Below, in pieces: positions 47,801 to 56,091 of a stretch of 64,000 nucleotides of DNA. Numbering within the stretch: the first letter of the stretch is position 1; the number at the start of each line of letters is the position of its first letter. The DNA is taken from the NCBI GenBank assembly GCA_963665095.1, contig OY762069.1, positions 4,512,001 to 4,576,000 of the forward strand, read 5' to 3'. Under the pieces are notes generated by a model, which saw only the letters and a list, made by a program, of their open reading frames with translations, made no database searches and was not told where the DNA came from. Position numbers and translations under genes: made by a program. The DNA is from an uncultured Desulfobacter sp. (GTDB lineage: Bacteria; Desulfobacterota; Desulfobacteria; Desulfobacterales; Desulfobacteraceae).

Positions 47801-48195
47801 ATCTGCGGCGCATGTTCATGCCCCTTCAGAATTACAAAGACCTGGAACCGGAATTCCTCATTGGCTACTGGCAGCGGCAAAAGGATATCATCGCTGTCAC
47901 CCATTTTGCAGATCTCATGCCTGAAATCCTCTACCTGGGCGATGAACACGAGAAGGACCTTGAGACCCTTGTGGAGATGCGGATAAAATCTAACGTTGCA
48001 GACTATTTTGCCGAAGAACAAAACCCGGATATCCAGAATGAAATATCCGTACTCAAGACAAAGATGCGGCAAAGAGCGGAAAATGAAATCCTTGGCCGGG
48101 TGCAGGCCATCTGCAGATACCTGCAGGACCCGGACCGGGAAAAATACATTTCCCATGAAAAAATTTTCAGAACCTATATGAGGCTCACGCTTTAA
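44878..48195 (+). CDS. Tandem AAA+ ATPase fused to a C-terminal Lon-type (S16) protease domain
   Basis: Walker A GASGSGKS (164-171) with IRHVEE and FDSAIYRRF; Walker A GPPGSGKT (514-521), VIFFDE, TTNRLDILDPALIR; Lon-like PQVG.I.G, IIVTG, GGPS918AG, ITG and GGHRKK968. Confidence 0.85.
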   Translation: MAKRTTKQKTYITLPEGTIKKIDSMVSLWTYDTKAFVRSRLNQFRPPNRFFSSFRSFLYLMVFMRREKKRMKVLNDPAILRDWKKRFLYSGETNPGASWNKVIEKELTKAELHYLIAVLDRELTDLHVPVELEKIFDKIFKVHLRKDHIEDPDVPKAPIMLVEGASGSGKSATVREALEKVVFKNEVVPAVDWRQKKEKLLARYSIFTPLEEVDPEFALEVARKKRLVFYRRLAGIPVLRRIFRKRIMASLTSFEEQGITVDFSVITPNDYQTALSGEPGNYFKRAMGNPKMTSIRHVEEAHSAFGKSDNSPSGGIEKQQRTLIDTTNIVLDEIIDGRRDCFLIATTDQAHRFDSAIYRRFVEKGCIIDISKYWSNKENLKRIIFLEIRRHQIPTAYSPDAEALDRAAEKIFDVFKERSLKISPAYVRKLVDSIINIRSDFTPELLDNTILVRSAFELVAKNVYGELYSKVVDRMERNVAWDEYVGAIKDKFSEMANNCFNYGVSEDKGVVLTGPPGSGKTFLVRTWLAANTKVHDIATSPSALQDPSSPVHGAVANLEKVYDIAKMIAPTVIFFDEGDALAPRRSATGGQPSDALTNKFLNIIDGEIPLNKVFTVLTTNRLDILDPALIRSRRLKTLEITGHMRQKDIFDIINKLLDAQPHPRNFEVERIIETAQPICNTPADYTSFTQKAIALCSTEFKVVQKLRDLEKSTHTEKFDFVKLNFKTILGILDAVKAPPLLKSNIKNDLKNFVSHYDRILTCVAHVFAEKEYPLTLTHLESARREISQSPIRKGSVQVNEFLETELSQEPQVGFIIGVGANDTAGMLLPIATSLTTRIEGQTIIVTGAVSSSAPDAAQLDMAVQMTLQSAQEALTMVKNYIQGLTPDISIPWLLGDFLRRRTIHHQLLSTSYNVGGPSAGYALALNTLSALLRLPLCIDFGITGAPWTKGVTKSEVGGSVIIGGHRKKTEKVLLHLRRMFMPLQNYKDLEPEFLIGYWQRQKDIIAVTHFADLMPEILYLGDEHEKDLETLVEMRIKSNVADYFAEEQNPDIQNEISVLKTKMRQRAENEILGRVQAICRYLQDPDREKYISHEKIFRTYMRLTL

Positions 48196-49523
48196 CGATC
48201 CAGCACCACCTGGCTGCCGTTCAGGAACAATCTTTCCTGTCTGAGCTGCATATCAAGGGAAAACCGGTCCTGGCCGGCAATAAAGAGTCCAGTAGCCATT
48301 CCCGGGATCAGGGGTTCCGTCAGCCAGGTGTTTCCGGTGACAAGTTCAGCCGGGACCTTAAGCACAACATCCAGGGAAAAAGAGGAAAATATCTTTTCCG
48401 GGCGTAGGACAAACAGATAAATCAGGGAGGTGTTGATATCTTTTTCCAGGTTTACATCCAGACTTCCTGTGACCTTTCCCTGGGGCAGTTCAATGTCCAG
48501 CTGGGAAATCTCAAGCCCTGCACCTTTTTTAAGAAGCCCGTTGAGGGCAGATATCGCCCGGGACCTGTTCCGGGTCATCTCATCTTTTAAAACGGGCTGA
48601 AAGTCTGACAGGCTCCCCCCCTGGCGGTCGAGTCGCTGCCCGGCCCTGGCTAACATATCTGAATATAGGGCCAATATCCGTTCAACGCCCTGAATATCCA
48701 CCTGCTTCAGCTTCAGGCCTGCGGACCATGCCGACAATGGCCTGCGGTTCAGCGTCACCCCGTCTGCATGCAGGTCCAGGCGAAGGTTCATCTGTTTCTT
48801 GTTTTCCAGAGCAGTTGTGTCACATGCCCAGGAGACGTTCTGTAGGTCCAGGGAGGCCTGGCTGCTCTTGTCCATTTTGAGCCGTTCAAGAATAAAGGTG
48901 CTTTGCCCCTCCCAGACCAGACTGGTGAGCCTGTGCAGATCCAGTAAAAAGGAGACAGGACCCAGTTTAAATTCAGGGCTGTCAGAAGCCCCCTGCCAGT
49001 TTCCGTCCGCCTTGAGTGTAGCACCCCCTTTGTCTGATGAGATATCTGCATCCATGGCTCCCACCTGAAAATTTTTCCCCTGGTCTTGAAAGGAAAATCC
49101 ATCCAGGTGAATGTTGGATGCAATGGTGCCTGTGACGGAAACCCGTGTCCGGATGGCCAGAGGGTCTTTTCCGTTCAGACGGGTGTTCACCCAGTCTGTG
49201 TACCAGGGATTTTTTTCAAGACTTGTCCTGGATGTTATACTGAAAAGTCCGTGTGTGGCGCGGTCAACCAGGATAAGACGGGGCATATCTTTCCCTGGGA
49301 AACGGGTTTGGGCTTCAATCTGCCAGGTGACACAGGAGGAATAGAGCTGCCGGTCATAATCAACTATTTTGATCCTGTAATATAATCCGGGATGTCGTTT
49401 CCTCTGGCTCTGCTTTTCAACCGCGTTTTTTACCATGCGTTCCATGATAATACCGTTGGCAACAGGCAGGCCGGCGCCAATGACGCCAACTAGGCAGATA
49501 AGGACAATCATCCATCTTTTCAC
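48192..49523 (-). CDS. YdgA/DUF945 family protein
   Basis: N-terminal anchor, YDRQLYSS motif, beta-rich body, LPQGKVTGSL and terminal LFLNG. Confidence 0.7.
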   Translation of the reverse strand: MKRWMIVLICLVGVIGAGLPVANGIIMERMVKNAVEKQSQRKRHPGLYYRIKIVDYDRQLYSSCVTWQIEAQTRFPGKDMPRLILVDRATHGLFSITSRTSLEKNPWYTDWVNTRLNGKDPLAIRTRVSVTGTIASNIHLDGFSFQDQGKNFQVGAMDADISSDKGGATLKADGNWQGASDSPEFKLGPVSFLLDLHRLTSLVWEGQSTFILERLKMDKSSQASLDLQNVSWACDTTALENKKQMNLRLDLHADGVTLNRRPLSAWSAGLKLKQVDIQGVERILALYSDMLARAGQRLDRQGGSLSDFQPVLKDEMTRNRSRAISALNGLLKKGAGLEISQLDIELPQGKVTGSLDVNLEKDINTSLIYLFVLRPEKIFSSFSLDVVLKVPAELVTGNTWLTEPLIPGMATGLFIAGQDRFSLDMQLRQERLFLNGSQVVLDR

Positions 49524-51673
49524 AGACTTTCCTCCAGACAGTCCGTCAGCCGATCCTTGAGTCCGGACCGCCGCAGCGCAGTCCTGTTATTTTCAAAAGC
49601 AGTTTCAAACGCCCGGGTGGCGCCCACAATAATGACCAGATGGCGTCCCCGGGTCATGGCCGTGTACAGCAGGTTTCGCTGCAGCAATGGGAAATGGGCC
49701 GTGGTCAGGGCGATGATCACGGCATCATATTCCGACCCCTGAGATTTGTGAACCGATACCGCATAGGCCAGGGTCAGCTCATCCAGTTCAGGCAGGTCAT
49801 AGGGAACCGTGCGGCCCTCGTAGTCCACCAGTACAACCCCCTTGGCTTTGTCCGCTTCAACCACCCGGCCGATGTCCCCGTTAAACACCTCTTTTTCATA
49901 GTTGTTTTTCAGGTGCATCACTTTGTCGCCGGCTTTAAAGGTGTGGCCGTGGGTGTCAATACCTGAGGGTTCGTCGTTGAGGACAGCCTGCAGTCGCTGG
50001 TTCAGGTTGATGGTACCGGCCTCCCCCCGGTGCATGGGGGTGAGGACCTGGATCTCCTGCACATGGGGAAAGGCTTTGGGAATTCTTTTGGCGCACAGCT
50101 CACAGATGGTATCAGCCACTCTGGACGGCGCACCGGTCTCTATAAAATAGAACTGGGACAGTTTTTCCGGCAACGCGGTTTTTATATCCGGCATCTCTCC
50201 GTTACGGATACTGTGGGCATGCATGATAATGGGGCTTTTCCGGGCCTGGCGAAAAATCCGGGTTAAAGAGAAGACCGCCACCCGGCCGGACTCAATAATA
50301 TCCGAGAGAACATTGCCCGGCCCCACTGAGGGCAGCTGGAAGGTGTCACCGACCAGAATCAGACCGGCCCCTGCCGGCAGGGCCTCGGCCAGCCGGTACA
50401 TGAGCATGGTATCCACCATGGAGGCCTCATCCACCACCAGCAGATCCAGGTCCAGCGGGTTGGTAAAATCATGTTCAAAGGTCTCTGTCTCCTGGTTATA
50501 CCCCAGCAGCTTATGAAGGGTTTTGGCCTTTCGCCCGGTTACCTCAGCCAGGCGCCGTGCGGCCCGGCCTGTAGGCGCTGCCAGCATCACCTTGAGGCGC
50601 AGGATTCTGAATATGACACAAAGTGCCCGCACCAAAGTTGTTTTACCGGTACCGGGACCGCCTGTGATGATGGCCATTTTCTGTCCCAGTATCCGGGTCA
50701 CCACATCCAGCTGCTCTTCCGACAGGGTTACCGCCATGGCAGAGAGCACCTGCTCCTGGATCTGATCTGTATCCATCTGATAGTCGGGACAGGGCATGGA
50801 CAGCAGTGCGTTGACCCGATGGGCAATGCGGGATTCAGCCCGGTACATGGTCGCCAGATAGACCCGGTCCTTTTCCACCACCATCTCATTGTCTGCTTCA
50901 AGGCTGTCAAGCACACCTTCAAGCAGCGCCTGATCCACGCCGGCCTGCCGGGCACAGACCCGGATCAGATCACTTTTAAGTTCAAACACGTGGCCGTCCT
51001 GCTCCAGGTCTATCAGCCTGCAGATCATACAGGCGGCCAGGCGTGCAGTTTCGTCCTTCTCATAGCCCAGTCTTTGGGCCAGGTCATCCACGTCTGAAAA
51101 TCCAAGGCCGGGAATATCCCTGGGCATGCGAAAGGGGTCGGACTGAAGCACATCCAGGGCCCTGTCCCCATAGGTTTTAAGAATCACGGCCGCCTTTGAG
51201 GCGTCAATGCGGGTGTCCTGAAGCACCTCCATGACCCGACGCACCGAATGGTGGGCATTCCAGGCCTCCTCAATCATTTTCTGCTTATTTTTTCCAATGC
51301 CGTATACATCGGTGAGCCGGTCCGGCTCATTTTCTATGATCTCAAACGTCTCTTCCCCGAATGTATCCACAATCCTGTCCGCCAGCTCCTGGCTGATACC
51401 GGCAATCAGACCCGAGCTCAAGTACTTTCTGATGCCTGACAGGGTGGAGGGCAGGGTCACCTCAAAGGAAGAGGCCTTGAACTGATCCCCGTATTTAGGA
51501 TGGCTGGTCCAGGTACCTTTAAGTTTAAGCTGTTCGCCCTGGACCACACCGGGCAGGTGCCCCACCACAGTAATGGACTCAGCCACTCTGGGAATTTGGA
51601 GTCTGCCTACGGTATAATGGTTTTCAGGATTCTGGAATGTGATGCGTGACAGGGTGCCGCTGATGGTAATCAT
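49520..51673 (-). CDS. recD2: ATP-dependent RecD-like DNA helicase RecD2
   Basis: HPKYGDQF, ITGGPGTGKTT, AAPTGRAA, VDEASM, GD..QLPSVG, AYA.SVHKSQGSE and LLYTAMTR motifs. Confidence 0.93.
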   Translation of the reverse strand: MITISGTLSRITFQNPENHYTVGRLQIPRVAESITVVGHLPGVVQGEQLKLKGTWTSHPKYGDQFKASSFEVTLPSTLSGIRKYLSSGLIAGISQELADRIVDTFGEETFEIIENEPDRLTDVYGIGKNKQKMIEEAWNAHHSVRRVMEVLQDTRIDASKAAVILKTYGDRALDVLQSDPFRMPRDIPGLGFSDVDDLAQRLGYEKDETARLAACMICRLIDLEQDGHVFELKSDLIRVCARQAGVDQALLEGVLDSLEADNEMVVEKDRVYLATMYRAESRIAHRVNALLSMPCPDYQMDTDQIQEQVLSAMAVTLSEEQLDVVTRILGQKMAIITGGPGTGKTTLVRALCVIFRILRLKVMLAAPTGRAARRLAEVTGRKAKTLHKLLGYNQETETFEHDFTNPLDLDLLVVDEASMVDTMLMYRLAEALPAGAGLILVGDTFQLPSVGPGNVLSDIIESGRVAVFSLTRIFRQARKSPIIMHAHSIRNGEMPDIKTALPEKLSQFYFIETGAPSRVADTICELCAKRIPKAFPHVQEIQVLTPMHRGEAGTINLNQRLQAVLNDEPSGIDTHGHTFKAGDKVMHLKNNYEKEVFNGDIGRVVEADKAKGVVLVDYEGRTVPYDLPELDELTLAYAVSVHKSQGSEYDAVIIALTTAHFPLLQRNLLYTAMTRGRHLVIIVGATRAFETAFENNRTALRRSGLKDRLTDCLEESL

Positions 51674-51686
51674 AGTTACGGAGGTA

Positions 51687-52244
51687 TCAGGTCTTGATGT
51701 GTGCGGTTATCCAGAGTGCGGCCTCGTAGAGATCCGGGACGCACAGATCCGGAGCTATTCCCTTGTTTTTCAACTCAGCAAGGGCCTTCACCCCTTTTCC
51801 AGTCTGAACCAGGATGGTTCCGGCACAGCCGGCAGCCAAGCCGCAGGCAATGTCTTTTGCCGAATCTCCCACCATCAGGGATCTGGCCGGATCAATCCCA
51901 TGACGCGCCATGGCCTGATGAATGAGCCCGGGCTTTGGCTTGCGGCAGTCACAGCCGGCATCCGGCGCATGGGGGCAGAAAAAGATATCCCGGATCCGGC
52001 CGCCGGCCTTTTCCACCCCTTTTGTCATTTTGACAAAAATATCATCCAGGGTCTGCCGGGTGATCATTTTTCTGCCCACGGCGGACTGATTGGTAATCAG
52101 AATGACATTAAATCCATGGCGGGTTAACAGGGCTATGGCGTCAGGGCTTTTAGGGATAAAATGAAACTCGTCCGGGTGTTTGATATAGGCGTCGGAATCC
52201 TGGTTGATCACCCCGTCCCGGTCCAGAAAAACGGTAAACCCCAT
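51687..52244 (-). CDS. gmhB: D-glycero-D-manno-heptose 1,7-bisphosphate phosphatase (HAD family)
   Basis: FLDRDGVIN, ITNQS, CPH....CDCRKPKPG and MVGD motifs; start uncertain (52244 or 52292). Confidence 0.88.
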   Translation of the reverse strand: MGFTVFLDRDGVINQDSDAYIKHPDEFHFIPKSPDAIALLTRHGFNVILITNQSAVGRKMITRQTLDDIFVKMTKGVEKAGGRIRDIFFCPHAPDAGCDCRKPKPGLIHQAMARHGIDPARSLMVGDSAKDIACGLAAGCAGTILVQTGKGVKALAELKNKGIAPDLCVPDLYEAALWITAHIKT

Positions 52245-52266
52245 GGCTCCCGTGCGGGGAATACCT

Positions 52267-53076
52267 TTACTCTTCGGCAACGGCAAAGACATGGCCAAAC
52301 CCCTCTTCTGCCATGAGGCGGTCGCAGAAGGCCACGGCCTCATTCAGGTTGCTGAACCGGCCGATCCTTACCCGGTAAAACTGTCCCCGGTCATCCTCAT
52401 AGGGGACAATATGGGCATTGAGATACTGTTTTGACAGTTTGGTCCTGTACTGCTCGGCATTGGACCGGACCTTAAAGGCCCCCACCTGGACCGTAAAATT
52501 CCCCTGCCAGTAATCCACCGGCTTAAAAGTAACAGGGGTGTGGTCTTTCTTGGAATAGGCCGTGGCCTTTCCCAGGGCCGTCACCCGGACCCGGGCCGTT
52601 CCCGGCCCCACAAGATCGATGCGTTTGGCCCCGGTATAGGACAGATCAATAATCCGGCCGGAGACAAAGGGTCCCCGGTCATTGATGCGCACCGTAATCT
52701 GCCTGCCGTTATCCAGGTTTTCAACCCGCACCCAGGTATTCATGGGCAGGGTTTTGTGGGCAGCTGTCATGGCGTACATATCGTAGGTTTCACCGTTGGA
52801 GGTTTTGCGTCCGTGAAATTTTTTACCGTACCAGGAGGCCCGGCCTTTTTCCACATAACCGTGGGCAGAGGCCATGGGGTAATAGCGCTTTCCTTCAATG
52901 GTATAAGGCTTCTGGGTGGGTGCGGAAGCTGTATCATCTGTCTGAACTTTCTTTTTCGGATAGGTGGGGCGGCCATCATAAGAATTATGGGATTTTCCGG
53001 CACACCCGGCCATGGCCAGGCTGAGAATCACAACAAACATTAAGGCGCGGTTCAAAAAACTCATACAGGGTATCAT
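52267..53076 (-). CDS. rlpA: Septal ring lytic transglycosylase RlpA lipoprotein with SPOR domain
   Basis: Lipobox MAGC, G.ASWYG..FHG..TSNGE, TAAHKTLP, INDRGPF, IIDLS and C-terminal VQVGAF SPOR motif. Confidence 0.93.
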   Translation of the reverse strand: MIPCMSFLNRALMFVVILSLAMAGCAGKSHNSYDGRPTYPKKKVQTDDTASAPTQKPYTIEGKRYYPMASAHGYVEKGRASWYGKKFHGRKTSNGETYDMYAMTAAHKTLPMNTWVRVENLDNGRQITVRINDRGPFVSGRIIDLSYTGAKRIDLVGPGTARVRVTALGKATAYSKKDHTPVTFKPVDYWQGNFTVQVGAFKVRSNAEQYRTKLSKQYLNAHIVPYEDDRGQFYRVRIGRFSNLNEAVAFCDRLMAEEGFGHVFAVAEE

Positions 53077-53079
53077 CTT

Positions 53080-55431
53080 TTATTGTTGTAAGGCAAAGTT
53101 GAGGAGGTCTTCCATTTTATCGGTAAAATAGAACTCCATTGTGGACTGGATATGGTCGGGCACATCCTCCATATCCTTCTCATTCCACTGGGGCAAAATC
53201 AGGGAACGGATACCGGCCCTGTGGGCGGCAATCACCTTGTCTTTGATGCCTCCCACCGGAAGCACCTCTCCCCGGAGGGTAATCTCGCCGGTCATGGCCA
53301 GGCGGGGGCGGACCTTTTTACCGGTGATCAGAGAGGCCAGTGCCGTAAGCATGGTGACGCCGGCAGAGGGCCCGTCCTTCGGGATGGCACCTTCAGGCAC
53401 ATGGATATGGATATCATGGGTATCAAAAAAGGTATCATCAACACTGAGCTGGTCAGCATGGGAGCGGATAAAGCTTAAGGCCGTGGATGCGGACTCTTTC
53501 ATCACACTGCCCAGCTGGCCGGTCAGGGTCAGTCCTTTGTTTCCCTTCATGGCCACAGCTTCCACAAAAAGGACTTCACCCCCCACAGGGGTCCAGGCCA
53601 GACCCACCACGACCCCGGGAACCTTGATCCGGGTGGCCATATCCGGCATGTTCTGGATGGGACCCAGGTACCCGGCAACATCTTTCTGGCCGATGGTGAG
53701 GTTATCGACTTCGTGTTCGGCAATTTTAGCGGCAACGCCGCGGCACACGGCCCCAATCCGGCGTTCCAGGTTGCGCAGGCCTGACTCCCGGGTATATCCG
53801 GAAATTATCTGTTTGACCGCGCCTGTGGTGATCTTGATCTGACCGGAATTGATGCCGTTGGCCTCCCGCTGTTTGGGAATGATATAACGGGTGGCGATTT
53901 TGAGTTTTTCTTCTTCAGTATATCCGTTGAGTTCCAGCACCTCCATCCTGTCCCTCAAAGGCGCCGGAATGGTGTGCAGTACATTGGCAGTGGTCAGGAA
54001 AATAACATCAGACAGGTCAAAGGGCACATCCAGGTAATGGTCAACAAAATTCTGGTTCTGTTCCGGGTCCAGCACCTCCAGCAGCGCAGATGATGGATCT
54101 CCGTGGTAGGAAGAGCTGACCTTGTCGATCTCATCCAGCATGAATACGGGATTTTTTCTGCCTGCGGACCTCAAGTGCTGGATAATCCGGCCGGGCATGG
54201 CCCCCACATAGGTTCTCCGGTGGCCTCTTATCTCTGCCTCATCTCTGACGCCGCCCAGGGCGATACGGACAAATTCCCGGCCCAGGGCTTTGGCAATGGA
54301 ACGGCCCAAAGAGGTCTTTCCGGTGCCCGGCGGACCGAAAAAGCACAGAATCGGCCCCTTGGAATCATTTTTGAGCTTTCGTACCGCCAGATACTCAAGG
54401 ATCCGTTTTTTTGGTTTTTCAAGGCCGTAATGATCCTGGTCCAGAATTTTTCTGGCTTCGGCAATGTCCAGGCGGTCTTCGGAAAAGTCATGCCAGGGCA
54501 GGGAGGTCAGCCAGTCAAGATAGGTGGAGGCCACCACATATTCGCTGGATGAAGGATGCATCCTTGCCAGGCGGTCCACCTCCCGGTCCGCCTCCTTGCG
54601 GGCCTCCTCAGGCAAATCGTTCTCCCGGATCAGGGCCCTGTACTCACGGATCTCCACAGATTCGTCATTTTCTCCAAGCTCCTCTTTAATGGCTTTAAGC
54701 TGCTGGCGCAGATAGTACTCCCGCTGGCGCTTGTCCATATCTTCACGCACCTGATTCTGGATCTTGGAACCCATCTCAAGGATTTCGAGCTGGTCATTGG
54801 CCAGCCGGGTGACTTTTTTCAGCCGCCTTGTCACATCCAGCAGCTCAATGACTTTCTGTTTTTCATGCACGGGAGCATTAATGGTGGAGGCGACCATATC
54901 GGCAAGAGCGCTGGGTTCCTGAATGGTTTTCACCATCTGGCCCATCTCCGGGGGCAGACCGGGCGAGAGCTCCACGATTTTGCCGTACTGATCCACAATA
55001 TTGGACATCAGGGCCAGATTTTCCTTGTTCCTGTCTGTATTCCGGCTCTTCAGAACGGAAATACTGGCATGCATATACTCCCGGTTTTTAAGAAATTCAA
55101 CCACCCTGAAACGGTTCATTCCCTGGATGAGCAACTGGGCCTTTTCATCTTCCATTTTGGACAGCTTAAGAATCATGGCCACGGTGCCGATGCGGTAGAG
55201 GTCGTCTGCCGTATGTCTGGAATCAATGTCCGAACGCCTGGATAAAAGAAGCCCCAGCATCCGGTTACCGGCCATGGCATCGTCAATCAGGTCAATGGCC
55301 TCTTTCTGGATCAGCACCAGGGGCAGCACCATTTTAGGAAACAAATTGGTATCCACGATGGGAAGGATAGGAAGATTGTCCGGAATATCGTCTGTGGTGA
55401 TGGGGACGGAGGAATGTTTTAATTCATCCAT
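53080..55431 (-). CDS. lon: ATP-dependent protease La (canonical LonA)
   Basis: Lon N-domain, GPPGTGKTS, RGHRRTYVGAMPG, LDEIDK, PKDGPSAG with the catalytic Lys 43 residues later. Confidence 0.96.
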   Translation of the reverse strand: MDELKHSSVPITTDDIPDNLPILPIVDTNLFPKMVLPLVLIQKEAIDLIDDAMAGNRMLGLLLSRRSDIDSRHTADDLYRIGTVAMILKLSKMEDEKAQLLIQGMNRFRVVEFLKNREYMHASISVLKSRNTDRNKENLALMSNIVDQYGKIVELSPGLPPEMGQMVKTIQEPSALADMVASTINAPVHEKQKVIELLDVTRRLKKVTRLANDQLEILEMGSKIQNQVREDMDKRQREYYLRQQLKAIKEELGENDESVEIREYRALIRENDLPEEARKEADREVDRLARMHPSSSEYVVASTYLDWLTSLPWHDFSEDRLDIAEARKILDQDHYGLEKPKKRILEYLAVRKLKNDSKGPILCFFGPPGTGKTSLGRSIAKALGREFVRIALGGVRDEAEIRGHRRTYVGAMPGRIIQHLRSAGRKNPVFMLDEIDKVSSSYHGDPSSALLEVLDPEQNQNFVDHYLDVPFDLSDVIFLTTANVLHTIPAPLRDRMEVLELNGYTEEEKLKIATRYIIPKQREANGINSGQIKITTGAVKQIISGYTRESGLRNLERRIGAVCRGVAAKIAEHEVDNLTIGQKDVAGYLGPIQNMPDMATRIKVPGVVVGLAWTPVGGEVLFVEAVAMKGNKGLTLTGQLGSVMKESASTALSFIRSHADQLSVDDTFFDTHDIHIHVPEGAIPKDGPSAGVTMLTALASLITGKKVRPRLAMTGEITLRGEVLPVGGIKDKVIAAHRAGIRSLILPQWNEKDMEDVPDHIQSTMEFYFTDKMEDLLNFALQQ

Positions 55432-55515
55432 TCTCTTTCCTTTTTAATAACAATAATCTTTTTCATAGGTTGCTATGGGGTACCTTACGCGAAAAGTCCG
55501 AATTGCTTATGGCTG

Positions 55516-55968
55516 TTACAGGGCATCAGCCGGCAATTCCCGTTTTGGGGGCGGATTTTTTCTTGCCTGTTTTCCCAGCCTGAGCTCAAGAAATCCATTG
55601 GCATAGGATGCAGATACCTTTTCCATGTCAATGACACTGGGCAGGTAGAGTACCCGCTCAAACTGTCCAAACTGAATTTCTGCCAGCCGGTAGGTGGCAG
55701 TGGGATCCGGCTGACTGCTTTTCCTCAAGCCCGAAATTTTAACGGCCTTGTCAGACAGTTCCACAACCATATTTTCCTTGCGGACTCCGGCCATTTCAGC
55801 CTGGATAATGATCTCATCCCTTGTCTCAAAAATGTCCATCTGGGGTCGCCAGACGCGTTTTGAAAAGCAGAACATGGGATTGACGGACTGAAACATCTCG
55901 TCAAAAGATTTTTCTTCAGTCTCAGGTGTTTCAATATGGTCCCCGAACCGAATCTCTATCTGTTCCAT
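55516..55968 (-). CDS. Hsp20/alpha-crystallin small heat-shock protein
   Basis: WRPQMDIFET, AEMAGV, EIQFGQFER and ASYANGFL motifs; upstream of lon. Confidence 0.9.
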   Translation of the reverse strand: MEQIEIRFGDHIETPETEEKSFDEMFQSVNPMFCFSKRVWRPQMDIFETRDEIIIQAEMAGVRKENMVVELSDKAVKISGLRKSSQPDPTATYRLAEIQFGQFERVLYLPSVIDMEKVSASYANGFLELRLGKQARKNPPPKRELPADAL

Positions 55969-56036
55969 AAAACACTCCTGATAATGGGTCCATGCGGCTC
56001 TAAAGACGGCCGGTTCCGGCCCCTGATCATTTTTTC

Positions 56037-56065
56037 AGACTACCATCTGGCCGGAATCTTGTAAA
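56037..56065 (-). promoter_or_regulatory. Candidate sigma-70 promoter for hsp20-lon
   Basis: Minus strand TTTACA, 17 nt, TAGTCT with TG at the extended position. Confidence 0.4.
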
Positions 56066-56091
56066 GTGCAATAAAAAAAGGGCGTTATAGC

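Noticed and set aside
48192..48195. Shared TTAA overlap of convergent stop codons (AAA-Lon fusion and DUF945)
   Set aside because: This is a common compact arrangement and gives no evidence of a functional link.
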